64,000 bases of DNA from NCBI GenBank assembly GCA_965232515.1, contig CBDDPY010000002.1, forward strand, positions 5,152,001-5,216,000, written 5' to 3'. Under the pieces are notes generated by a model. The model ran no database searches, was not told the origin of the DNA, and worked only from the letters and a program-made list of their open reading frames with translations. The DNA comes from Alphaproteobacteria bacterium (lineage in GTDB: Bacteria > Pseudomonadota > Alphaproteobacteria > GCA-2731375). How positions within the stretch are numbered: position 1 is the stretch's first letter; the number at the start of each line of letters is the position of its first letter. Position numbers and translations under genes: made by a program. This document shows positions 7,808 to 16,768 of this stretch, piece by piece.

Positions 7808-10279
7808 CTAGGTCCGCATTCGCGTGCCGGTCGGATCGTAGAGTGGCTTGAGGCTGGCTTCGGCGGCGAAACGCGTGCCGGCGACCTCGATTTCATAGGT
7901 ATCCGCGAGTAGATCGGCCTCCGTTTCCGTCGGATCGCATGGCACGTAGCCCAGGCCGATGGCGCTGCCCAGATGGTGACCGTAGTTGCCGGAGGTCAGA
8001 TAGCCGACCATGCGCCCGGCGCGCCAGATCGGTTCGGTGTGATAGAGCAGCGGCTCGGGGTCGGTCAGGCGGAACTGCAGCAGCCGTTGTGTCAGGCCTT
8101 GCCGTCGTTTCGCCAGCACCGCGTCGCGGCCGATGAAGTCGCCGAACCGCGACGCCCGCTTGTCGACCTTCACGGCGAAGCCGAGGCCCGCTTCCAGAAC
8201 ATGGTCCTCGTCGCCGATGTCATGGCCGAAATGGCGGAAGGCTTTTTCGATGCGGCAGGAATCCAGCGCGTGCATGCCGCAAAGCCGCAGCCCGTGGTCA
8301 TCGCCGCGCGCGACAATGGCGTCGAACACGTGTCGCGCCTGCTCTGTCGGCACATAGAGCTCCCAGCCCAGCTCGCCGACATAGGAAATGCGGTGGGCGC
8401 GGACCAGACCCATGCCAAGCTCGATTTCCCGCGCGGTCGCGAATGGGAAGGCCGCATTCGACAGGTCGGCGTCGGTCAACGGCTGCAGCAGATCGCGCGC
8501 CTTCGGCCCCATGACCGCGATCACTGACTCGGCGCTGCTGGCGTCCCAGACATGGCAATGGGCATCGTCCGGGATCGACCGTTGCAGCCAGGCGAGGTCG
8601 CGCCCCGCGGTCGCGGCCGCGGTGACGACAATGAACGCCGTCTCCGACAAGCGCGTGATCGTCAGGTCGGCCACGATGCCGCCGCGCTCGGTCAGCCACT
8701 GGGTGTAGACGATACGCCCCGGCGCGACATCGACGTCGTTGGCCGAGACACGTTGCAGTACGTCGCAGGCGTCCCGGCCCTCGACCCGGAACTTGGCGAA
8801 GGAGGTCAGGTCGAACAGACCGACGGACTCGCGCACGGCCTGGTGCTCGTCGGCCGAATACTCGAACCAGTTCTGCCGCTTCCAGGAATAGACATATTCC
8901 GGCCGCCGCCCGCGCGCCTGTTCGGGCGCCGGCAGATACCAGTTCGGACGTTCCCAGCCGGCCACCTCCCCGAAGCAGGCGCCGCGCGCTTCCAGGCGCT
9001 CGTGCAGCGGCGACTGGCGCACGTTTCGCGCGGTCGCGTATTGCCGGTAGGGGAAGTGATCGGCGTAGAGCAGGCCCAGCACCTCGCTGGCGCGCTGAAA
9101 CAGGTACGTGCGGTTGCCCTGGAACGGCTGCATGCGGCGGATGTCGACGTCCCACAGATCGAACGGGGGCTCGCCGCCGTCCATCCATTGGGCCAGCGCC
9201 TGGCCGGCGCCGCCGGCGGACTGAATGCCGATTGAGTTGAAGCCGGCGGCGACATAGAAGTTCCGCAGCTCGGGCGCCTCGCCCAACAGATAGCGGTCGT
9301 CCGGCGTAAAGCTCTCCGGTCCGTTGAAAAATGTATGGATGCCGGCCGTTTCCAGAAGCGGAAACCGGGCGACGGCGGCCGCCAGGATCGGCTCGAAGTG
9401 GTCGATATCCTCGGGCAGCTGGTCGAAGCAAAAGTCTTCCGGAATGCCGTCCATGCCCCAGGGTTTGGCGACGGGCTCGAAGGCGCCCAGCAGGATCTTG
9501 CCGGCATCTTCCTTGTAGTAGGCGTGCTCATCCGGCACCCGCAGTACCGGCAGATCGCGCGGCAGGTCCGGGATCGGCTCGCTCAGGATGTAGAAATGCT
9601 CACAGGCGTGCAGCGGCACGTTGACGCCGGCCATGCGGCCGACCGCGCGGCCCCACATGCCGGCGCAATTGACAACATACTCCGCCGCGATGTCGCCTTG
9701 CGCCGTGCCGACGCCCGTCACCTGTCCTTCCTTCCGGTGGATCGCGGTGACGGCCGTGTTCTCGAATATGGCGACGCCGTTCTGCCGGGCGCCGGCGGCG
9801 AGCGAGAGCGCGATATTCGCCGGATCGGCCTGGCCGTCCTTCGGCACATAGACGCCGCCCTTGACGCCGTCGCCGTTCAGCAGCGGATAGCGCGCCAGGC
9901 ACTCCGCGGCCGAAATCTCTTCGATCTCGACGCCGAAAATCCGGGCCATCGAGGCGCCGCGCCGCAGCTCCTCCAGCCGCTCGTCGGTCAGCGCCACGTT
10001 GATCGAGCCGTTGCGCTTGAACCCTGTCGCCACGCCGGTCTCGGCTTCCAGGCCGCCATAGAGTTCCTGCGAGTATTTCGCGAGGCGGGTCATGTTCTGC
10101 GTCGCGCGGAGCTGCGAGATCAGCCCGGCCGCATGCCAGGTGGTGCCGCTGGTCAGCTGCTTGCGCTCCAGCAGCACGACATCGGTCCAGCCGAGCTTGG
10201 CCAGGTGATAGGCGACGGAGCAGCCGATAACGCCGCCACCGATGATGACGGCGCGGGCATGGCGGGGCAGGTCGGTCAT
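7808..10279 (-). CDS. GcvT-family FAD/folate-dependent dehydrogenase (dimethylglycine/sarcosine dehydrogenase-like)
   Basis: GGGVIG, SGTTWHAAG (covalent-FAD His motif), NGPESFTPD, GWERPNW, and a C-terminal GcvT domain (SYVGELGWE). Confidence 0.93.
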   Translation of the reverse strand: MTDLPRHARAVIIGGGVIGCSVAYHLAKLGWTDVVLLERKQLTSGTTWHAAGLISQLRATQNMTRLAKYSQELYGGLEAETGVATGFKRNGSINVALTDERLEELRRGASMARIFGVEIEEISAAECLARYPLLNGDGVKGGVYVPKDGQADPANIALSLAAGARQNGVAIFENTAVTAIHRKEGQVTGVGTAQGDIAAEYVVNCAGMWGRAVGRMAGVNVPLHACEHFYILSEPIPDLPRDLPVLRVPDEHAYYKEDAGKILLGAFEPVAKPWGMDGIPEDFCFDQLPEDIDHFEPILAAAVARFPLLETAGIHTFFNGPESFTPDDRYLLGEAPELRNFYVAAGFNSIGIQSAGGAGQALAQWMDGGEPPFDLWDVDIRRMQPFQGNRTYLFQRASEVLGLLYADHFPYRQYATARNVRQSPLHERLEARGACFGEVAGWERPNWYLPAPEQARGRRPEYVYSWKRQNWFEYSADEHQAVRESVGLFDLTSFAKFRVEGRDACDVLQRVSANDVDVAPGRIVYTQWLTERGGIVADLTITRLSETAFIVVTAAATAGRDLAWLQRSIPDDAHCHVWDASSAESVIAVMGPKARDLLQPLTDADLSNAAFPFATAREIELGMGLVRAHRISYVGELGWELYVPTEQARHVFDAIVARGDDHGLRLCGMHALDSCRIEKAFRHFGHDIGDEDHVLEAGLGFAVKVDKRASRFGDFIGRDAVLAKRRQGLTQRLLQFRLTDPEPLLYHTEPIWRAGRMVGYLTSGNYGHHLGSAIGLGYVPCDPTETEADLLADTYEIEVAGTRFAAEASLKPLYDPTGTRMRT

Positions 10280-10386
10280 GCGCGTTTCCCTTTCGCCCGA
10301 CAGTCTGACAGGCCGCGTTGGACCTGTTCAACCAGCCTGCTTAACATAACCACGACACGATGCCGCCAATGGGTGGGGGAGGACGC

Positions 10387-11586
10387 ATGTCGCTGGCCTC
10401 GGTAGGAGATACGGCAGTCGTACGCGAACCGGCCGAGATCCTGGCAGCCGTTGAGCGGTTGGGCCCCGTTATCGATGCGGCGGCGGAAACGGCCGATCGC
10501 GAGCGGCGCCTGCCGGCCGAACTGCTGGACGCGCTGCACGAGGCGGCGCTGTTCCGTCTGCTGCTGCCGCGGCAATTCGGCGGCGCGGAAGTCGGCCCGC
10601 CGACCTTCTTCCAGGTGATCGAGGCCGTCGCCAAGCACGACGCCAGCACCGCCTGGTGTCTGTGTCAGGCGAACGGCTGCGCCATGACCGCCGCCTATCT
10701 CGAACCCGAGGTCGCGGACAAGATCTGGGGCCACGACCCGCGGGCCGTGCTGGCTTGGGGGCCGGGCAAGGGCGACGCGGTTGTCGAGGGCGGCGCCTAT
10801 CGGTTGAGCGGCAACTGGTCGTTCGCCAGCGGCGGCCGGCACGCGACGTGGCTCGGCGCGCAGTCGACCGTGGTCGAGCCGGACGGCAAGCCGCGCCGTC
10901 TCGCCGACGGCACGGTCGCGGTCCGCATCCTGCTGTTTCCGGCCGACCAGGCCGAATTCACCGACATCTGGGATGTAATCGGCCTGCGCGGCACCGGCAG
11001 CGACGCCTATGCCGTGGCGGATCTGGCGGTGGTGCACGACCATTCCGTCGCCCGCGACGCGCCTGACGAACGGCGCTGCGAGACGCCGCTCTATCAGTTC
11101 CCGGCCATGAGCCTCTACGCCACCGGCTTCTCGGCCACGGCGCTCGGCATCGCCCAGACCATGCTGGCGGCATTTATCGCGCTTGCCGCCGGCAAGACGC
11201 CGCGCCTTGCCCGCGAACGGCTGAGGGACAATGCCGTGATCCAGTCCGAGACCGCCCAGGCGCAGGCGCGCCTCGGTTCGGCGCGCGCGTTCCTGTTGAG
11301 CGAGTTGAGCGAGATCTGGGACGACGTCTCCGCCACCAACCGCCTGACGGCGGCGCAGCGCATGCGCATCCGCCTCGCCGCGACGCACGGCATTCACGAA
11401 GCGAAGTCGACGGCCAACATGGTCTACGAGCTCGCCGGCGCCACGGCGATCTTCGCCAGCGGCCCTTATGAACGCCGCTTCCGCGACATCCACACCGTGG
11501 CCCAGCAACTCCAGGGCCGCCGCTCGCACTTCCAGACCGTCGGCGCCTATCTGCTCGGTCATCCGCCTGATATGTCGGTCATTTGA
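10387..11586 (+). CDS. Acyl-CoA dehydrogenase-fold, group D flavin-dependent monooxygenase (oxygenase component)
   Basis: WSFASGGRHATW, WDVIGLRGTGS and ERRFRDIH motifs, as in HsaA/C2-HpaH-type oxygenases. GGAGG RBS before the ATG at 10387. Confidence 0.85.
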   Translation: MSLASVGDTAVVREPAEILAAVERLGPVIDAAAETADRERRLPAELLDALHEAALFRLLLPRQFGGAEVGPPTFFQVIEAVAKHDASTAWCLCQANGCAMTAAYLEPEVADKIWGHDPRAVLAWGPGKGDAVVEGGAYRLSGNWSFASGGRHATWLGAQSTVVEPDGKPRRLADGTVAVRILLFPADQAEFTDIWDVIGLRGTGSDAYAVADLAVVHDHSVARDAPDERRCETPLYQFPAMSLYATGFSATALGIAQTMLAAFIALAAGKTPRLARERLRDNAVIQSETAQAQARLGSARAFLLSELSEIWDDVSATNRLTAAQRMRIRLAATHGIHEAKSTANMVYELAGATAIFASGPYERRFRDIHTVAQQLQGRRSHFQTVGAYLLGHPPDMSVI

Positions 11587-11614
11587 TTCAGTAACAGACG
11601 TAGGGGAGACAGGC

Positions 11615-12340
11615 ATGGCGAATGCCCATGACGACGCCGCGGCCGCGCGCGAGCGATTGCGCGAGGTGCTGGCGAAGCGCGGCTATCTGTTGCCGCATCA
11701 CGGGCTGCTGGCCGTGGCCGCGCCGGAGCTGCTGGCGGGCTACGACGCCGCCTATACGGCGCTGACGCTGCAGCCGCGGCGCATGTCCGAGCATAACAAG
11801 GAGTTCGTTTGGCTGGTCATCCTGACGGCGACCGAGGAGGCGCTGGCGACGCATCACATCCAGAAGTTCCGTGACGCCGGCGGCGACGACGCGTCGATCG
11901 AGGTTGCCTTTCGCCTAGCCGGTTATGCACGCAGCGCACCATGTTTTGCCTTTGTCGCTGACCGTTGGTCCGGACACCTGCCGGGCTTCGATGCCGAGCG
12001 CGCCTATCGGGATGGACTGGCAAAGCTGATTGCCGGCGAACCGATCCCGCCGTCGCTGGTCGAGATGGCGATGGCGGCGGCGCAGGCCTGCCGGCGCGGT
12101 TGGGACGAGGTCGCCTGGCACATCCGCGGCGCCTATGCCGCCGGCGCGGATGAATACGATCTGGCTGAAGCCATTTCCTACGTGATGTTTCCTGGCAGTG
12201 TGCCGAATTTCGTGGACGCCTGCGGCGTCTGGCTCCAGTTGATCCGCGACGGCGCCGTCGACGCCTCGCCGCCGTTTCGCGCCTGGGCCGAGCTTGAGGG
12301 CCAGGGGGGATTCGACGAGGCGACGGGCAAAACACCGTAG
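11615..12340 (+). CDS. Tandem carboxymuconolactone decarboxylase (CMD/AhpD-like) domain protein, paralogue 1
   Basis: KEFVWL...HHIQKFRDAG and HIRGAYAAGA...LAEAI are CMD-type helices; no CxxC; GGGGAG RBS. Confidence 0.7.
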   Translation: MANAHDDAAAARERLREVLAKRGYLLPHHGLLAVAAPELLAGYDAAYTALTLQPRRMSEHNKEFVWLVILTATEEALATHHIQKFRDAGGDDASIEVAFRLAGYARSAPCFAFVADRWSGHLPGFDAERAYRDGLAKLIAGEPIPPSLVEMAMAAAQACRRGWDEVAWHIRGAYAAGADEYDLAEAISYVMFPGSVPNFVDACGVWLQLIRDGAVDASPPFRAWAELEGQGGFDEATGKTP

Positions 12341-12431
12341 GCGCACGGATTGGCCTTTGGCCGCCGGACGCGCTACCGTTGGGCCGGAAGCGCCGCGGCG
12401 GGTGCGCGGCGCAAGAGGGGAGGGGGTCACC

Positions 12432-13523
12432 ATGACTCTTAAGGAACAAAGCCGTCGGACTGTTTTGAAGACGGCGGCCGCCGTCGGTGGCGTCGCCGCC
12501 TTGCAGGGCGCCGCGACCGCCATCGGTCTGTTCGCGCCGCGCTCGGCGCATGCCGCCACCACCGTGCAGAGCCTGCGCTCGACCGCCAAGTCGTGGCTCT
12601 GGGCGGCCGAAGACTACGGCATCGGCGGCGGCTTCTTCGGCAAGGCCGGCCTCGACGTCAACGTCACGGCGACGCGCCGCGGCGTCAACACGGCGGCGCT
12701 GATCGGCGGCAATGCCGACATCCTGCTGGGCGCGCCGGGCCAGACCATGAAGGCGCAGGTGCAGAACCAGCCGCTGAAGCTAATCGGCGGCCTGGTCAAC
12801 AAATACGCCAGCAATGTCGTCGTGAAGAAGGATATCCTGGACAAGGCCGGCGTCACCGAAGCTTCGTCGGTCGAGGACAAGGCGCGCGTGCTGAAGGGCC
12901 TGAAGATGGGCACCACGGGTCCGGGCGCGGGGCCGGACAACCTGCTGCGCTATCTCATGGACAAGGCCGACATCAATCCCGACCGTGAGGCCGAGCTGAC
13001 GCCTGTGCAGGGCGGCGGCAGCGGCCTGCTGGCGGCCATGGAACGCGGCGTGATCGACGGCTTCTGCCTGTCGTCGCCGACCGCCGATATCGCCATCAAG
13101 AAGTTCGGCGCCGCCTATCTCTTCAACATGGCGACCAACCCGCCGCCCGAGCTGAACGACTATCTCTACATCTCGGTGGCCGTGGCGCAGTCGGCGATCG
13201 ACGAGAAGCGCGACATGCTGGTCGATTACATGACGGGACTGGCGCGGGGCCTGCAGGCGATCAACGGCGACCCGAACGCGTTCAAAGGCTGGGCCACCGG
13301 CTGGTTCGAGGGGCTCGATCCGGATGTGTTCGAAAAGGCGTTCGCCAGCAACAGCCGGATCTACATGCCGGACCCGACACCGCGCGAACATCACTTCGTC
13401 AAGAACGTCGAGTTCGTGAACCTGAGCCTGAAGACGCTGAACAAGGATCCGATGCCGTCGAGCTTCGCGTTCGCGGATGCTTACGATCCGTCAATCGCGT
13501 CGGATGCGATGAAGCAGATCTGA
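12432..13523 (+). CDS. ABC transporter substrate-binding protein (NMT1/SsuA/TauA-like) with Tat signal
   Basis: SRRTVLK twin-arginine motif, AHA cleavage site, GFFGKAGLDV and LKGLKMGTTGPGA. Confidence 0.88.
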   Translation: MTLKEQSRRTVLKTAAAVGGVAALQGAATAIGLFAPRSAHAATTVQSLRSTAKSWLWAAEDYGIGGGFFGKAGLDVNVTATRRGVNTAALIGGNADILLGAPGQTMKAQVQNQPLKLIGGLVNKYASNVVVKKDILDKAGVTEASSVEDKARVLKGLKMGTTGPGAGPDNLLRYLMDKADINPDREAELTPVQGGGSGLLAAMERGVIDGFCLSSPTADIAIKKFGAAYLFNMATNPPPELNDYLYISVAVAQSAIDEKRDMLVDYMTGLARGLQAINGDPNAFKGWATGWFEGLDPDVFEKAFASNSRIYMPDPTPREHHFVKNVEFVNLSLKTLNKDPMPSSFAFADAYDPSIASDAMKQI

Positions 13524-13588
13524 TGGTGGCGCTGGCGGGGCGCGGGGCCCCGCCAATCCGCCGCTCGCCGACAATTTGGGGGTAGGTC

Positions 13589-14365
13589 GTGACGCTTGTT
13601 GTCGACGAGGTCACCAAGCATTTCATCGCCCGCGGCCAGGAGGTCGCGGCCCTGAGCCCGGTCTCGATGACCATCGAGACGGGCGAGTTCGTGGCGTTCG
13701 TGGGCCCCAGCGGCTGCGGCAAGTCGACCTTGCTGAACATGATCGCCGGCATCTTTCAGCCGACCAGCGGCCAGATCCTGCATGACGGCACGGCCGTGCT
13801 GGGCGCCAACCGGCAGGTCGGCTACATGACGCAGATGGATTCGCTGCTGCCCTGGCGCACGGTCGAGCAGAACGTGCTGCTGCCGCTGCAGATCCAAGGC
13901 CAGCCGCGCGGCGAGAGCGCCGAGCGAGCGGATGCGCTGCTGCGCATGGTCAACCTCGCAAAGTTCAAGAACCATTTCCCGCTCGAGCTTTCGGGCGGCA
14001 TGCGCAAGCGGGCGGCGCTGGCGCAGCTGCTGGTCTACGATCCCGGCACGCTGTTGATGGACGAGCCGTTCGGTGCATTGGATGCGCAGCTCAAACTGGT
14101 TATGCAGGGCGAGTTGCTGAAGATCTGGGAGGACACCGGCAAGACCGTGGTGTTCGTGACCCACGACCTGACCGAAGCGATCTCGCTCGCCCAGCGGGTC
14201 ATCGTCTTCACCGGCCAGCCCGGCGCCATCAAGCACGAGAGCCGGATCGATCTCGGCCAGGGCCGCGACGTGTTCAAGGTCCGCTTCGCGCCCGAGTTCC
14301 ACGACTATTACGAGACGCTCTGGGCCGAGCTGGCGCCCGAGATCCACAAGGGAGAAGAGCTGTGA
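13589..14365 (+). CDS. ABC transporter ATP-binding protein (NitT/TauT family)
   Basis: Walker A GPSGCGKS, signature LSGGM, LLMDEPFGALD and VTHD. Confidence 0.95.
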   Translation: MTLVVDEVTKHFIARGQEVAALSPVSMTIETGEFVAFVGPSGCGKSTLLNMIAGIFQPTSGQILHDGTAVLGANRQVGYMTQMDSLLPWRTVEQNVLLPLQIQGQPRGESAERADALLRMVNLAKFKNHFPLELSGGMRKRAALAQLLVYDPGTLLMDEPFGALDAQLKLVMQGELLKIWEDTGKTVVFVTHDLTEAISLAQRVIVFTGQPGAIKHESRIDLGQGRDVFKVRFAPEFHDYYETLWAELAPEIHKGEEL

Positions 14366-15201
14366 GCCTGAAGTCGGATGTGCTGGACGGCGCGGACGAG
14401 CGGCCCAACTTCAAGACCGCGGCGGTGCTGGCGCACGAGGCCCAGGCCAGCCGCCGGCGCCTGATCCTGCGGGTGCTGCAGGTGCTGTTCGGCGTCGCCA
14501 TGATCGGCTTCTGGCAGTTCGCCTCGGGCACGTTGGTCGATCCGTTCTTCATCAGCTCGCCGGCCGACGTGATCAAGACGCTGTGGCGCTGGGTGACCGA
14601 CGGCACGCTGGCGACGCATCTCTGGATCACGCTCTACGCCACCTTCAGCGGCTTCGGCATCGGCGCCGTCGTCGGCTTCACGCTGGGCTTCCTGTTCGGC
14701 CGCTGGGACGCCATCGCGACCATCTTCGACCCCTACGTGACGGCATTATATTGCCTGCCAAAGATCGCGCTGGCGCCATTGTTCATCATGTGGTTCGGGA
14801 TCGGCATCGAGTCGAAAATCGCCATGAGCGCCGTGATCGTCTTTTTCCTCGTCTTCCTGAACACCTTCGGCGGCGTGCGCGACGTCTCGCAGATCTACAT
14901 CAATGCCGTGCGCATCATGGGCGCGAACGAGTGGCAGCTGCTCCGCGTGGTGATCCTGCCGTCGGCCGCGGCCTGGGTGCTGACCGGCCTCAAGGTCTCG
15001 GTGCCCTACGCCCTGATCGGCGCCGTCGTCGGCGAGTTCATGTCGTCGAACCGCGGCATCGGCTTCCTGATTGCGCAAGCCTCCGGCATCTTCGATACGG
15101 CCGCCGTGTTCGCCGGACTGGTCGTGCTGGCGGTCGCGGGCGCGTCGATCAGCGCGGTGCTGAAGCGGGTCGAGACCCACGTGCTCAGGTGGCGGGGCTG
15201 A
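14362..15201 (+). CDS. ABC transporter permease (NitT/TauT family)
   Basis: LPKIALAPLFIMWFGIG, an EAA-loop-like region and GAVVGEF; GTGA overlap with the ATPase gene. Confidence 0.93.
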   Translation: MSLKSDVLDGADERPNFKTAAVLAHEAQASRRRLILRVLQVLFGVAMIGFWQFASGTLVDPFFISSPADVIKTLWRWVTDGTLATHLWITLYATFSGFGIGAVVGFTLGFLFGRWDAIATIFDPYVTALYCLPKIALAPLFIMWFGIGIESKIAMSAVIVFFLVFLNTFGGVRDVSQIYINAVRIMGANEWQLLRVVILPSAAAWVLTGLKVSVPYALIGAVVGEFMSSNRGIGFLIAQASGIFDTAAVFAGLVVLAVAGASISAVLKRVETHVLRWRG

Positions 15202-15967
15202 CGAGCGCACCGGCGCGCGCCCGGGCGCCACGCAGCAACAGCGCCAGGTCGTTGCCGGCCAGGACCAGATTGAGGCCGAGGCCCAGGTAGTCGGCAGCGA
15301 GCGCGTCGTCGCCGACCCCGCCGAAGCCGCTGAACTTTCCCTGACTGGCCGCGGCGTCGCGGACCTTGGTCAGGCACTCGCGCACATCAGGATGATCATA
15401 TTGCGCCGGCAGGCCCAGTTCGAAGGTGAGGTCGCTGCAGCCGACGAACAGCGCGTCGACGCCCTCGACGGCGGCGATGGCCTCGGCGTTGGCGACAGCG
15501 GTTTCGGATTCGATCATCACCACGACGAGCGTCTCGCGGTTCAGGATTTCGGCCGCCTCGTCGAAGCCGCGTTGGGTATAGCCCAAGGCGGGGAAGGCGC
15601 CGGGCACGGCGCGCTCGCCCAGCGGCGGAAAGCGGCAGGCGCGGGCGACGGCGGCGGCCTGCTCGGGCGTGTCCACATGCGGCGCGACCACGCCCATGGC
15701 GCCGTTCGACAGCGCCCGGTTGATCGGCGCGGGATCGTGATCGGGCACGCGCACCAGGGGGCAGACGCCGGCCTCGATCCCGGCCAGCGCCATCTGCGAC
15801 AGCGTATCGAACGACATGGTGCCGTGCTCGAGGTCGAGAAACATCCAGTGATAGCCGGCGTCCCGCAGGATCGCGGCGTGGTCGGTGGTGCGGGCAAGCC
15901 GCAGGCTCATGCCGAGACACGGCAGGCCGGCGGCGAGCCGGTCGCGCAGGCCAGGTCGCGCGCTCAT
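15185..15967 (-). CDS. HpcH/HpaI class II aldolase family protein
   Basis: WMFLDLEHG, LVRVP, FPPLGERA, VMIES and GVDALFVGCSDL. Confidence 0.92.
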   Translation of the reverse strand: MSARPGLRDRLAAGLPCLGMSLRLARTTDHAAILRDAGYHWMFLDLEHGTMSFDTLSQMALAGIEAGVCPLVRVPDHDPAPINRALSNGAMGVVAPHVDTPEQAAAVARACRFPPLGERAVPGAFPALGYTQRGFDEAAEILNRETLVVVMIESETAVANAEAIAAVEGVDALFVGCSDLTFELGLPAQYDHPDVRECLTKVRDAAASQGKFSGFGGVGDDALAADYLGLGLNLVLAGNDLALLLRGARARAGALVSPAT

Positions 15968-16629
15968 GCCGGCAGCGGCTTCTCGAAAGGCGGCGGACAG
16001 TCGCCGGCCTCGGCCGCGGCCTGCCAGGCCTCGACCGCCTCGATGAAGGTCGGGCCGCCGCAGGGCAGCAGCAGATAGCTCAAGCCCTCGGCCATCTCGT
16101 GCCGGGTCGCGCCGGCGGCGAAGGCCAGCGGCGCGTGCAGCTTGATGCCGTTATAGCTCTCCCGCGCCGCGTGGCAGACCGTGGCGATAATGTGCGCCAA
16201 GCCCTCGGGCAACTGAACGCGCGCGGTCTCGAACAAAGCGAGATAACGCGCTCGCGCGTCCGGCTCCTCGATCCAGTCGCCGAAATCCCGGCCCGCGAAG
16301 GCCAAAGCCGGCTGGCCCTCGACCACGGCGGCGACGGCGGCGGCGGCCGACAGGTCGGCCGAGGTCAGGCCAGCGCGGGCGGCGCGGCGCATGTGCAGCG
16401 TGCCGGCATGCTCGCGCGTCGCCACCAGCAGCCCAGCCCAGACCAGCTCGCGCGCCCGGTCGTCGAAGGCCCGCGGGGTCAGCGTCAGCTTCTCGTAGAA
16501 GGCGTCATAGGCGGCGAGCAGATCCGGATCGGTCTCGGCCAGCAGCCGGTGGTAGGGCAGGACATAATCCCGCTTCGCCATCACCGCCGCCAGCACGGCC
16601 GCGCCCTTGTCGTTATCCTGTTCGCTCAC
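15964..16629 (-). CDS. Tandem CMD/AhpD-like domain protein, paralogue 2
   Basis: Aligns by eye with 11615..12340 (KRDYVLPYH, LLAAYDAFYEKLTL, RELVW, AAGA..EMAEGLSY); ATGA overlap with the aldolase gene. Confidence 0.7.
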   Translation of the reverse strand: MSEQDNDKGAAVLAAVMAKRDYVLPYHRLLAETDPDLLAAYDAFYEKLTLTPRAFDDRARELVWAGLLVATREHAGTLHMRRAARAGLTSADLSAAAAVAAVVEGQPALAFAGRDFGDWIEEPDARARYLALFETARVQLPEGLAHIIATVCHAARESYNGIKLHAPLAFAAGATRHEMAEGLSYLLLPCGGPTFIEAVEAWQAAAEAGDCPPPFEKPLPA

Positions 16630-16649
16630 CCTTCGTCCTTTCCTTCTTC

Positions 16650-16735
16650 GTCATGCCGGCGCAGGCCGGTATCCATGCGGCTTGTCAGTCACTTGAGGCA
16701 CCGGCCCGGTGGATCCTGGCCTGCGCCAGGATGAC
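16650..16735. repeat. Alphaproteobacterial REP-like palindromic element (copy 2)
   Basis: GTCATGCCGGCGCAGGCCGGTATCCA ... TGGATCCTGGCCTGCGCCAGGATGAC; same architecture and about the same length as 7687..7771. Confidence 0.8.
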
Positions 16736-16768
16736 ATGGGTGGTGGGCGGTTGTGGCGCCAAATGGCC

